Assembly (NCBI RefSeq): GCF_963506605.1
Contig: NC_083288.1
Coordinates: 29,884,001-29,948,000 of the forward strand
From: Zootoca vivipara
Lineage: Eukaryota
Length of the DNA stretch: 64,000 bases
Direction: 5' to 3'
Shown: positions 1 to 11,935 of the stretch, one piece after another
Numbering within the stretch: the first letter of the stretch is position 1
Layout: each line of letters opens with the position of its first letter
Notes under the pieces: generated by a model
Seen by the model: only the letters and a program-made list of their open reading frames with translations
Told to the model about the DNA's origin: nothing
Database searches by the model: none
Made by a program: the position numbers and the translations under genes

Positions 1-73
1 AATAATAATATCTCAAAGATTTTAAGAAGTGTAAGACAGATCCATATTGTTGCATACCACTCCAATCACCAAG

Positions 74-219
74 TGTTGTGAGATTCCAGGGGTCCCAGGT
101 GCTTACCCAGGGTCTCTGTTTCCTTTGGAATGAGGCACAGTGGAGGCTGTGGTGTCTTTAGGCCAAGGGCTTTATTTGCACATATATAGAACCTTAGCCT
201 ACAAGGGAGGGGTTCACAG
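74..219 (-). mobile_element. Possible LTR 3' fragment truncating V2R exon 3
   Basis: Minus strand reads TGTGAACC...AATAAA...CTCACAACA followed by CTTGGTG (TGG, PBS-like). It begins where V2R similarity stops. Confidence 0.3.
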
Positions 220-634
220 CAGTTATAATCCACACTTTTGCAAAGTTGTCAGTCTTGAACAACTCAGCATGCTCTATTTTGGTTATTAAATTCCAAAGAG
301 AGCGGGAATTTCCACTGACAACAAGCACATTGACATCTCTTAAAAGTAGCAACCCTATTTTTGTCACGTCTTTTTCTGAATCACGTTTTAGGTTTTCTAC
401 CCTGTGTGAGAAGGCAACACAAATGCCATTGTGGGCAAGTAGAGGTGTTAAAATCTGCAAAAATGTTTCTCCATCGTCATCATCTGAAATGAAGAGGCCA
501 ACCCACGTCCATTTGAAATGTAGGAGCAGCTTGACAATTGCATTGGGCTGAATGGTTTCACTTGGAGTCATCCGGTAGAGGGAAGGGAAGTTAGTTTTAC
601 CTGTGAGTGCTGTGTCATACGCACCATAAGTGAG
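217..634 (-). pseudogene. Vomeronasal type-2 receptor (V2R, class C GPCR) exon 3, 3'-truncated
   Basis: The acceptor tcctcatcAG (635-636) is followed by LTYGAYDTALTGKTNFPSLYRMTPSE...LLLHFKWTWVGL...DDDDGETF...GICVAF...KVWIITA, typical of the V2R/CaSR-family extracellular domain. Similarity ends abruptly at about 217. Confidence 0.88.
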
Positions 635-992
635 CTGATGAGGAAAACATGGCTGCTTAGATCTCCGAAAAATAACAAAATGTAGCATTTCCCCAAAGTA
701 TATGATTTCCAACTAAACATTTTAGTCTGTAAACTTATGCACATGTCACTGAAGTCAGACTCATTGAACACAGAACTATTCCCACTGGTCATCTCTGCAC
801 CATCACACACCCATTGCTTACCATGATTCAGGGGTACCATCAGTAAAGTGAGACATGGTTTACACAGGAAGGATCTCCCAGGATTGGGAAACTTGAATGT
901 TCCAGTTGCTTCCATCCAGTACATAAATAGTAGCAGTTGGGCCAAACAGCATGACCCTATTCTTCCCTTCAACATGATTAAAATAATTCATC

Positions 993-2700
993 TTGTGGTT
1001 TTGTCTTTTGGGGCTGTGTGAGAGTAAGTTTGTGTGCTTATTTGTTTTCTTACTTGTTTGTGTGCTTGTGCTGGTTTTCTAGGGCTGCTGCCTCTTGGAT
1101 TTGGGTGACTGTCCAGGCTTGTGTGGGTGTTTGTTTCTGGCTGTGACCTTGTTTGTTTCTGGCTGTGACCTTTCACCTAGAAGTGTGAGTCAGGAAGTTC
1201 AGGTGATTAGCTGTGGGCGGAGCTAGTCAGAGCTTGGAGTGCAGCGACTGAGGAAGGAGCAGAAGGTGAGCTGAGCTTGGGAGACACTCTGTAGGTTTTG
1301 TGGTTTTGTCTTTTGGGGCTGTGTGTGAGTAAGTTTGTGTGCTTATTTGTTTTCTTACTTGTTTGTGTGCTTGTGCTGGTTTTCTAGGGCTGCTGCCTCT
1401 TGGATTTGGGTGACTGTCCAGGCTTGTGTGGGTGTTTGTTTCTGGCTGTGACCTTGTTTGTTTCTGGCTGTGACCTTTCACCTAGAAGTGTGAGTCAGGA
1501 AGTTCAGGTGATTAGCTGTGGGCGGAGCTAGTCAGAGCTTGGAGTGCAGCGACTTAGGAAGGAGCAGAAGGTGAGCTGAGCTTGGGAGACACTCTGTAGG
1601 TTTTGTGGTTTTGTCTTTTGGGGCTGTGTGTGAGTAAGTTTGTGTGCTTATTTGTTTTCTTACTTGTTTGTGTGCTTGTGCTGGTTTTCTAGGGCTGCTG
1701 CCTCTTGGATTTGGGTGACTGTCCAGGCTTGTGTGGGTGTTTGTTTCTGGCTGTGACCTTGTTTGTTTCTGGCTGTGACCTTTCACCTAGAAGTGTGAGT
1801 CAGGAAGTTCAGGTGATTAGCTGTGGGCGGAGCTAGTCAGAGCTTGGAGTGCAGCGACTGAGGAAGGAGCAGAAGGTGAGCTGAGCTTGGGAGACACTCT
1901 GTAGGTTTTGTGGTTTTGTCTTTTGGGGCTGTGTGTGAGTAAGTTTGTGTGCTTATTTGTTTTCTTACTTGTTTGTGTGCTTGTGCTGGTTTTCTAGGGC
2001 TGCTGCCTCTTGGATTTGGGTGACTGTCCAGGCTTGTGTGGGTGTTTGTTTCTGGCTGTGACCTTGTTTGTTTCTGGCTGTGACCTTTCACCTAGAAGTG
2101 TGAGTCAGGAAGTTCAGGTGATTAGCTGTGGGCAGAGCTAGTCAGAGCTTGGAGTGCAGCGACTGAGGAAGGAGCAGAAGGTGAGCTGAGCTTGGGAGAC
2201 ACTCTGTAGGTTTTGTGGCTTTGTCTTTTGGGGCTGTGTGTGAGTAAGTTTGTGTGCTTATCTGTTTTCTTACTTGTTTGTGTGCTTGTGCTGGTTTTCT
2301 AGGGCTGCTGCCTCTTGGATTTGGGTGACTGTTCAGGCTTGTGTGGGTGTTTGTTTCTGGCTGTGACCTTGTTTGTTTCTGGCTGTGACCTTTCACCTAG
2401 AAGTGTGAGTCAGGAAGTTCTTGTGATTAGCTGTGGGCGGAGCTAGTCAGAGCTTGGAGTGCAGCGACTGAGGAAGGAGCAGAAGGTGAGCTGAGCTTGG
2501 GAGACACTCTGTAGGTTTTGTGGCTTTGTCTTTTGGGGCTGTGTGTGAGTAAGTTTGTGTGCTTATCTGTTTTCTTACTTGTTTGTGTGCTTGTGCTGGT
2601 TTTCTAGGGCTGCTGCCTCTTGGATTTGGGTGACTGTTCAGGCTTGTGTGGGTGTTTGTTTCTGGCTGTGACCTTGTTTGTTTCTGGCTGTGACCTTTCA
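993..2700 (+). repeat. Tandem array of 305-bp monomers (5 full copies 1176-2700 plus partial 993-1175) forming the CR1 5' end
   Basis: Near-identical units start at 1176, 1481, 1786, 2091 and 2396. The array ends 100 bp before the ORF1 ATG at 2801. Confidence 0.97.
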
Positions 2701-2800
2701 GTTTGAACCATCTTTTTGATCTAGGGCAGCAAGTCTCACACGTTTGTTAGGGGGGACCTAGGCCTCTTCCTCTTTCCCCCTTGACCTCAAGGTTTTCAAG

Positions 2801-3839
2801 ATGGAGGTGGAGGGAACAACCATTGTCACCTGCAATTCCTGTGCAATGTTTGTTTTCTTGCCAAAGGATGTGGGTAGCTACACCTGCAACAATTGCAAGT
2901 TGGTTGCCCTACTAGAAAACAAGGTTGCCCTTCTGGAAGAGAAGGTGCAGCAGCTTCAGGGGCGTGTATCTATGCTCCAGAGAATTAAAGAGCTGGAGCT
3001 TTTCTTGGATGCAGCAGAGCACACTGTCTGCACCAAGGAGGAGACAGGGGATCTCCCTGAGGAGGAGGTCAGTTCCCCAACACAGCAGCCAGATGTATGG
3101 AGGAACGTGACTCATAGAAGTAGAAGGCCCAGGGATCGCTCTGAGTGCTTAGAATTACACAACCGTTTTGAAGTGCTCATGGAAGACGAGGAACAGACTC
3201 CCCCTGAGGATCTCTCCCTCATCACAGTTGATGAGGAATATGAAGACGAGCAACCAAGTCAGTCCTCTGGATATATGCAGGTAACCTTGGAAGGGACAGC
3301 ACATAGAAGAATCCCAACCAAGCCTATGAAGAGGCGTGTAGTGGTGATTGGGGATTCCCTACTGAGGGGTACAGAAGCAGTGATCTGTGGGCCTGACAAG
3401 ATGTCTCGAGAGGTGTGCTGTCTACCTGGGGCCAAGATCAAAGATGTAACAGAACGTCTGCAAGGAATCATAAAACCCACCGACAAATACCCCTTCCTTT
3501 TGGTGCATGTGGGAACCAATGACACTGCAAGCCATAGCTTACAGAAGATCAAAAATGATTGAGGCTCTGGGCAGGAAGTTGAAGCAATTAGATGCACAAA
3601 TTGTCGTCTCTTCTGTCCTCCCAGTTGAACGACATGGCCCAGGGAGAGAGGGAAAAATAGGGGAAGTGAACAACTGGCTTCGCAAATGGTGCAAACAGGA
3701 ACGGTTTGGATTCCTAGATCACGGTCTGCAGTTTCTTGATGATGGACTTCTGGCAAGTGATGGACTGCACCTCACAAAAGTTGGGAGGAATGTTTTTGCC
3801 ACAAAACTCAAAAACCTCATCAGGAGGGCTTTAAACTGA
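2801..3839 (+). pseudogene. CR1 ORF1 (zinc finger, coiled coil, SGNH/GDSL esterase), frameshifted near 3560
   Basis: CNSC...CNNC, heptad repeat, VVIGDSLLRG and VHVGTND lie in ORF 2801-3562. The protein continues in another frame (EALGRKLK...DGLHL...IRRALN*) to 3839. Confidence 0.92.
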
Positions 3840-3988
3840 CTTATGTGGGGGAGGGAGACAGTGGTCCTGAAGGTAGGAGTCTATCAAATGCTGAAGATGA
3901 TCATCCAAATGTCAAGGACCAAATGGAGCAAGCAGCATGCAGACCTAGTGGTGGGACGAAAATATCCTTAAATAAGAGACATGGGGGA

Positions 3989-6716
3989 ATGATCAACGGT
4001 CTTCAATGTCTGTATACAGCAAACTAAATATGACATAATAGGCATCACTGAAACCTGGTGGGATGAGTCTCATGACTGGAATGTAGTAATAGAGGGATAC
4101 AATCTATTTAAGAGAAATAGACCAAACAGGAAAGGAGGAGGAGTAGCTTTATATGTTAGGGATATGTATACCTGTGAAGAGATCCAGGATTTAAAACTTC
4201 AAAGCCAAATTGAGAGTATCTGGGTCAAAATTAAGGGAGAGAAAAACAACAGTGATCTCATTGTGGGAGTTTACTATAGATCCCCAAGCCAAACTGAGGA
4301 CACAGATGATGCCTTCCTGGAACAGATGGCCAAGCATTCCAAAGGAAGTGAGATAGTAGTAATGGGGGATTTCAACTATCCTGATATTTGTTGGATGTCA
4401 AACTCAGCCAAGAGCATAAGGTCGAACAGATTCCTCACTGGCCTTGCAGACAACTTCATTGTCCAGAAAGTGGGAGAAGCAACAAGAGGATCAGCCATTT
4501 TAGATCTGGTCCTAACCAATAGTGATGACTTGGTTAGTGGGGTAGAAGTGGCAGGATCATTAGGTGGGAGTGACCATGCTCTTCTGGAGTTTATTATCCA
4601 GCGGAAAGGAGCAACCAAGCATACTAAGGTCCAAATTCTAGACTTTAAGAAAGCCGACTTCAGAAAACTTAGGGAAACGCTGGGTGAAATCCCATGGACA
4701 GTAATACTAAAAGGGAAGGGAGTTCATGATGGTTGGGAGTTTGTTAAAAGGGAGATATTAAAAGCACAACTTCAGGCAATACCAATGAGACGGAAACATG
4801 GAAGGTGCCTAAAGAAGCCAGGCTGGCTATCTAAAGAACTTTTGACTGAGTTAAGATTTAAAAGGGATATGTACAAAAAATGGAAAAGGGGGGAAATCTC
4901 CAGAGAGGAATTCAAACATATAGCCAGCACGTGTAGAGACAAAGTCAGAAAAGCTAAAGCACAGAATGAACTCAGGCTCGCCAGAGAGGTTAAAAGCAAC
5001 AAAAAGGGCTTTTATGGGTATGTCCGTAGCAAAAGGAAAAACAAGGAAACAGTGGGGTCACTCAGAGGAGAAGATGGTGAAATGCAAACAGGGGACAGAG
5101 AAAGGGCAGAACTCCTCAATGCCTTCTTTGCCTCAGTCTTCTCCAAGAAAGAAAAAAACGCCCGACCTGAAGAATATGGAGCAGATGATTCAGCAGGGGA
5201 AACACAGCCCAGAATAAGTAAGGAGGTAGTACAAGAATACTTGGCTAGTTTAGATGTATTCAAGTCTCCAGGGCCAGATGAACTACATCCAAGAGTATTA
5301 AAAGAACTGGCAGAGGTGATTTCAGAACCACTGGCAATAATCTTTGAAAATTCCTGGAGAACAGGCGAAGTTCCAGCAGACTGGAGGAGGGCAAATGTTG
5401 TCCCTATTTTCAAAAAGGGGAAAAGAGAGGACCCAAACAATTACCGCCCAGTCAGCCTGACATCAATACCAGGAAAGATTCTAGAGCAGATCATTAAGCA
5501 AACAGTCTGTGAGCACCTAGAAAGAAACTCTGTGATCACTAAAAGTCAGCATGGGTTCCTGAAAAATAAGTCATGTCAGACTAATCTGATCTCATTTTTT
5601 GACAGAATTACAAGCCTGGTAGATGAAGGGAACGCTGTGGATGTAGCCTATCTTGATTTCAGCAAGGCCTTTGACAAGGTGCCCCATGATATTCTTGTAA
5701 AGAAGCTGGTAAAATGTGGGCTAGACAATGCTACCATTCAGTGGATTTGTAGCTGGATTACTGACCGAACCCAAAGGGTGCTCATCAATGGCTCCTCCTC
5801 ATCTTGGAGAGTAGTGACTAGTGGGGTGCCACAGGGTTCTGTCTTGGGCCCAGTCTTGTTCAACATCTTTATCAATGACTTGGATGATGGGCTTGAGGGA
5901 ATCCTGAGCAAGTTTGCAGATGACACCAAGTTGGGAGGGGTGGCTAACACCCCAGAGGACAGGATCACACTTCAGAATGACCTTAACAGATTAGACAACT
6001 GGGCCAAAGCAAACAAGATGAATTTTAACAAGGAGAAATGTAAAGTACTACACTTGGGCAAAAAAAATGAAAGGCACAAATACAGGACGGGAGACACCTG
6101 GCTTGAGAGCAGTACATGTGAAAAGGATCTAGGAGTTTTGGTTGACCACAAACTTGACATGAGTCAGCAGTGTGATGCAGCAGCTAAAAAAGCCAATGCA
6201 ATTCTGGGCTGCATCAATAGGAGTATAGCATCTAGATCAAGGGAAGTAATAGTACCACTGTATTCTGCTCTGGTCAGACCTCACCTGGAGTATTGTGTCC
6301 AGTTCTGGGCACCACAGTTCAAGAAGGATACTGATGAGCTGGAACGTGTCCAGAAGAGGGCAACCAAAATGGTCAAAGGCCTGGAAACGATGCCTTATGA
6401 GGAACGGCTTAGGGAGCTGGGTATGTTTAGCCTGGAGAAGAGAAGGTTAAGGGGTGATATGATAACCATGTTCAAATATATAAAAGGATGTCATATAAAG
6501 GAGGGAGAAAGGTTGTTTTCTGCTGCTCCAGAGAAGCGGACACGGAGCAACGGATTCAAACTACAAGAAAGAAAATTCCACCTAAACATTAGGAAGAACT
6601 TCCTGACAGTAAGAGCTGTTCGGCAGTGGAATTTGCTGCCAAGGAGTGTGGTGGAGTCTCCTTCTTTGGAGGTCTTTAAGCAGAGGCTTGACAGCCATCT
6701 GTCAGGAATGCTTTGA
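3989..6716 (+). pseudogene. CR1 ORF2 (AP endonuclease plus reverse transcriptase) with an out-of-frame deletion at the N-terminus
   Basis: LQCLYT joins out of frame to [15 protein letters not shown] at about 4017. It is then open to 6716 with [28 protein letters not shown] and KFADD. Confidence 0.93.
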
Positions 6717-7114
6717 TGGTGTTTCCTGCTTGGCAGGGGGTTGGACTGGATGGCCCTTGTGGTCTCTTCCAACTCTGATTCTATGATTCTATGATTCTAT
6801 GATTCTATGATCTAATAGTACAACTTTTACAATACATATTGTTGAAATGAGAGTGTGGCAGATTAGCTGTACTGTTCATAACCAAACCTGAATGATTCAG
6901 TAAAACAAAATAAATTCAGAACCTCCATGGTGTGTGTATGGGGTGGGGGGTTAATTACAAATCACCAAATATATATGCTTACAAATACATGTGGGATCTT
7001 GTACAGATTCAAGATGGTGAAATCTGGTTTACATCTTGTACAGTGAGAGTGCTAAGTGACAGATAAGAGATCTATTGATCCCTGCCTCCAGTTTGTATAT
7101 GATCACATACATAC

Positions 7115-7156
7115 CTGAGGAATCTTCCACATCTTAAATGTGGAAAATGTGAAATG
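7115..7156 (-). pseudogene. V2R exon 2 3' remnant (...WKIPQ plus splice donor)
   Basis: Minus strand TGG AAG ATT CCT CAG|GTATGT. KIPQ followed by a phase-0 intron is the usual V2R exon-2 end and matches the phase-0 start LTYG at 634. Confidence 0.7.
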
Positions 7157-7681
7157 AAGGTGAATCGGAAACTACAATTAATCCAGAATGTGGCAGCTAG
7201 ACTGCTGACTGCGAGTGGCTGCCGAGACCACATAACACTGGTCCTGAAACACCTACATTGGCACAGAGTACGTTTTCGAGCACAGTTCAAAGTGTTGGTG
7301 TTGACCTTTAAAGCCCTAAATGGCTTCGGTCCTGTATACCTGAAGGAGAGTCTCCACCTCCATTGTTCAGCCTGGACATTGAGGTCCAGTGCCAAGGGCC
7401 TTCTGGCAGTTCCCTCACTGCGAGAAGTGAGGTTACAAGAAACCAGACAGAGGGCCTTCTCAGTAGCGGCGCCTGCCCTGTGAAATGCCCTCCCATCAGA
7501 TGTCAAGGAAACTATCTGACTTTTAGAAGACATCTGAAGGCAGCCCTGTTTAGGGAAGTTTTTAATGTTTAATGCTGTATTGTGTTTTTAATATTCGGTT
7601 GGGAGCCGCAAAGAGAGGCTGGGGAAACCCAGCCAGATAGGTGGGTATAAATAATAAGTTGTTGTTGTTGTTGTTGTTGTT
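7157..7681 (+). mobile_element. L2 LINE 3' fragment
   Basis: KLQLIQNVAARLLT...HITLVLKHLHW...QRAFS aligns with the 3' end of the L2 at 11935-16014. It ends in a (GTT)n tail. Confidence 0.93.
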
Positions 7682-7945
7682 AAATACACTTTTTCACAAG
7701 TTTGTGAGGGGTTTAGAGGGTATGAAGGTGGTTCTGGTTCTGCTGTCTTAAACAAACAGATTTTCTGCCAAGAATGAGGGAAGCTTCCACGCAGATAAGA
7801 ATCCTGTCCTGTACCCAGTGTACGGTAGCTGCAAATTTTCTAATTTGTCTATTGCAACTTATATAATCAATATTGGAGTTCCCTGTGATGAGGGATCAAT
7901 GTTAAACCACTCTGGGAATGGTAGCTCCGGAAAGGGAACCCACAC

Positions 7946-8899
7946 CTACTGAAGAAAATGGAAGATTTCGTTCTTAGAAGATTTGATCGATGCAAATAAT
8001 TTTGACAGGGCAATTTTCATATCCTTGTTTCGCATGCTGTAGATCACAGGGTTCAGCAGTGGTGGAACCACAGAATATATCACAGCAAAAAACAAATCTT
8101 GCTGTGATGTGGTACTATACATAGGACTTAGGTAAGCAAACCACCCAGTTAATAACAACATGGAGATAACAATGAGGTGAGGAAGACAAGTTGAGAAGGC
8201 TTTTTGCCTTCCCTGAATAGAAGGCATTTTTAACACAGCACTGAAAATATGGGCATAAGTTACTACAATGAAGAAGAGGCAACCTGATTCAATGAAAATA
8301 CTCAGCACGATAGCTCCAATTTCTGTTAGGTTCAAACCAGAGCAGGAGAGCTTGAGCAACTGTGGGATTTCACAGAAAAACTGATTGACAACATTGGAGC
8401 AGAAGGGGGTTGCAAAGGTGCCTCCAGTGTGTAGCACAGCACAGAGAAGACCAGTGATCCATACACAGGCAATCATGTGGACACAGGCTTGCTTGTTCAT
8501 CAGCTTCTCATAATGTAATGGGTTGCAAATGGCAACATACCGATCATATGCCCTGACAGTCAGGAGAGAGACATCAGATACTAAAAAGAAGACAAATAAG
8601 AGAACTTGAGCAACACACCCAGAGTAGGAAATTTCTCTGGTATTCATGAGGGAATTAGCCATGGAATTGGGAACAATGACTGAAACAGATCCAAGGTCCT
8701 GTATGGCCAAGTTCATCAGAAAGAAATACATGGGGGTGTGCAGTCGGTGGTCAAAAGCTACTGCAGAGATGATGAGAAGGTTGGCTGTTACTGTTGCCAA
8801 GTACAACACCAGGAATAGAAGGAAGTGAAAAATCTGCATTTCCCGAACCTCTGAAAACTCTTTGAGCAGGAACTCTGATACAAAGGATTGGTTCGCCAT
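7946..8899 (-). CDS. Olfactory receptor, OR14-like, 317 aa
   Basis: Has an NQS sequon, LHTPMYFFL, RAYDRYVAIC, QFFCEIPQLLKLSC, KAFSTCLPHL and PPLLNPVIYSMRN. An upstream acceptor (ctttcttcgacag) is at about 8930. Confidence 0.93.
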   Translation of the reverse strand: MANQSFVSEFLLKEFSEVREMQIFHFLLFLVLYLATVTANLLIISAVAFDHRLHTPMYFFLMNLAIQDLGSVSVIVPNSMANSLMNTREISYSGCVAQVLLFVFFLVSDVSLLTVRAYDRYVAICNPLHYEKLMNKQACVHMIACVWITGLLCAVLHTGGTFATPFCSNVVNQFFCEIPQLLKLSCSGLNLTEIGAIVLSIFIESGCLFFIVVTYAHIFSAVLKMPSIQGRQKAFSTCLPHLIVISMLLLTGWFAYLSPMYSTTSQQDLFFAVIYSVVPPLLNPVIYSMRNKDMKIALSKLFASIKSSKNEIFHFLQ

Positions 8900-9116
8900 G
8901 GTTTTCGCCTTATGAAAGTGTGGGCTGCCTGTCGAAGAAAGCAGTCAACTGTTAAAATAATAGCACAGTGCTGTAAGAAGACAGGCTTCAATTGGGAAAT
9001 TTCAATTTGTTCTTACTGTGATTGTTTTTATGTCTGCAGAATTCATTCTAGTTTATGGCTGTTATTTTGAGACATTTCTCATGCTCTGAATCTGACAGCC
9101 AGGCATTGGCAAGGAG

Positions 9117-9245
9117 NNNNNNNNNNNNNNNNNNNNNNNNNNNNNNNNNNNNNNNNNNNNNNNNNNNNNNNNNNNNNNNNNNNNNNNNNNNNNNNNNNNN
9201 NNNNNNNNNNNNNNNNNNNNNNNNNNNNNNNNNNNNNNNNNNNNN
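9117..9245. other. Assembly gap (N run)
   Basis: Run of N characters. Confidence 0.99.
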
Positions 9246-11935
9246 TAGAATAGGAGATAGCAGGGTTTACTCTGGGTTTGCTCTGAATAGGGATACCCAT
9301 TAGTTCAACTACTACCTTATACAAAATTGCTTACATCTTTAGCAGGAGTATATTTTTTGCATGAAACAAGGAGGCTGTAATAGCAATAGGTGTGTGGACC
9401 ATGCCAAGAAATTGAGACCCTGACAGGGAAGCAGCTCTTCCTATCCTTATCAGAGTGGTGACACAGTAACACCATATTCCAGGTGTTAAGGGTTTTATCA
9501 GGTCTGTTTTTCCATGGCTTTTTTATTCCCGCAAATACCATGATGGGGGAGGCATAAGTCCAGGTGTAGATCTACTATGAAACTCATGGATCGTCGAGAA
9601 CAGGAGCCGGGTGTCCGACCATTGACACCCGGCGGGAACTGCTGCCACCCGCGCACGGGTGCCGGGGGAGCCCGGCGGATTGATCGGGGAGCCGTCAGGG
9701 CTCCCTGTCCCTGCTCCCCCACCCGCAGATCGTGGCGAACCATGGCCGGGAGCGCCTGGCCTCCGGGACTTGTGGTCCTGGGGAGGTGAGCCCAGACCTC
9801 GTGGCCGCCGCCGCCATTGCCACCGCTGACGGCAAAGAAGTGTGGAGAAGGGGCCTGATCCGAGCCCTTGCCACCTCTGCCGCTGCAACGTTGCGCCGGG
9901 ATTGTACGGCCGTCCAGGGCACCAGGGCCAGTAGAGCCCACGAACCTGCCCCCTCCATCCGTTGGTGAGACGGAGGCAGATCAACATCTAGAGGAGGGCC
10001 TTGATTGCAGAAAAGGCCTTGATTGCAGACTGAGGCCGTGAGGAAACACACACACGGCCAAGCCTAGGCCCGGCCTGAACCTACTTCACCGTTGACAGGT
10101 GAGCCGAAGGTAGCCCAGAGGGAGGCCTATTGAGGAGGATCTCAAAAAAATTATTTTTTCTATTTTTTGAATATTTTCAGCGGATTTTTTTTAACAAAAA
10201 TATTTTTCTTTTCTTTCTCTTTTTCCCCTCTCCCCCCCATTTTTTTTTTAGTGGAAACTAGGATAAATAGAAATCCCCCTTTTTATTTATTTAACAAAGA
10301 AAAAAAAGCCAAAAGACTTTACCCAATATTTTTTAGTGTTCTTGCCATTTATCACCTCCATCTCCCATCTTTTGACATACGACCCCCCTTTCTTTTTGTA
10401 CATTTTGGACTTTTGAGGGGACGCAGCATAAAGCAAAGATGGGGGGGGCAAGCTCCCGGCCCTTTTGCTTAATTTCTTTCATTTTCAAGCTATTGTCCTC
10501 TTCCTCCAACCTCTTATGCCTTGGTTTGGCTCTGTTTTTTTCCCCTCCTTGATGCATAGAGGTGCCCTTTGGAACCCCTCATAGACTTTTGCAGCCCCCC
10601 ATATCCTCTCATTATTTTTGATCTCCATCTCACTGGTTGCTTCCCACCCTCACCTTTGTCTTCTATCCCCTTTCTCTTTTTCTCTCTTTCCTTTTCAGTT
10701 ACTTCTTTCCCCCTTCTGGATCAAACCTCCTCCTAACCTAATCTGTCTATTGACCTCTCTCCAAGGAGGAAGCCTTTCCTCCCACCTGTCACCCCCCCCC
10801 CCCTTGAAGACAGTTGTCTTTGTCTTGCCTTTGTCTTGCATCCTTCATTCCAATACATAATCCTTCTCTTTAAACCCCTTCCAAAGTACTCAATTCCCCT
10901 TTATTCATTTTTCCTTATCTTCCCCTCCTACCCCACTTCTCATTCCCCCATCTCTTCTTTTGTTTTACACCCTCTTTGTTCGCTGGAGTGCTTGTTTGTC
11001 TGTCTCTAAATCGAACCTCCCCTCTTTCGCTTGTTTGTTTGTCTACTTTCGCCTGTTTGGCTGTCTGTCCATTGGTTTATCCGCCTCTCTGAGTACCTGA
11101 CCACCAGAGAAGTTCTTACAACATTACCAAGGGATGACACAAATGATTGCCTAAACCGAACGCTCTGCAGAAGCCACCAGTCAACAACGCCTGACTAGTC
11201 CAATAACCCAACACCCAGAAATCATCACCGCCATAACCCCTAACCGCAACACGTCCCACTCCAAGAGAATGCCAAACAAACCCCAAACCAAAAACGCCAA
11301 GGAGATGAAGGTGTCACCAACTAAAAAGATGGTAAATAACATTGAGACTGCAACACCTCCTCAAAATGATGAAATATTACAACACCTACCGGTAAGAGTA
11401 ATGGAAGAGAGGATGACAAGTAAACTGGAAGCTTCAGTGGAAAACGCAACGACCCCCATACAGCTACTAATCAGCAATCTTACCTCCAGAGTGGAAGCTC
11501 TAGAAAAGAAGAATCAACTGCAAGAAAGAACAATAGAGCAATACCGGGATGAAACCACACGTATGAATAAGAAATTGTATGAACTGGAAAGAGAAAATGA
11601 AGAACTGAGAATTAAACAAGCAGACATCGAAGACCAAAACAGACGCTGCAACATCTGCTTCCGCAACTTTCCAGAAAAAGCAGAGGAGAAAAGCCTAGCA
11701 GACCTAATAGTAAGCTGGTTGAAATATACAATCCCAAATCTGACACTCGAGGTATCCAATCTGGAGAGGGCACACAGAGCTCTAAAAGTTATGCCAAAAC
11801 CTGATGCCCACCCAAGAGACATCATAGTGTGCTTTTCATGCTACAGAAAAAAGGAGGAGATATGGAACAGCCTCAGAAACTCAACCAACCTCCAATACAA
11901 AGACAATTCCATATTGGTCCTACAAGATTTATCCA

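Larger units (their letters stand above)
993..6810 (+). mobile_element. CR1 LINE, near full length, inserted antisense in V2R intron 2
   Basis: Has a 5' monomer array, an esterase-type ORF1 and an APE-endonuclease/RT ORF2. The CR1 3' end is TTCCAAC followed by the (ATTCTATG)n tail at about 6777-6810. Confidence 0.96.

Noticed and set aside
988-2396. Repeated 84-aa minus-strand ORFs, and a possible CRISPR-like array
   Set aside because: These are by-products of the 305-bp monomers. They are low-complexity, start at GTG and have no unique spacers, and the context is eukaryotic.
9498-10051. Overlapping 70-154 aa ORFs
   Set aside because: This is the GC-rich L1-A 5' UTR, where stop codons are scarce. 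No recognisable domains.
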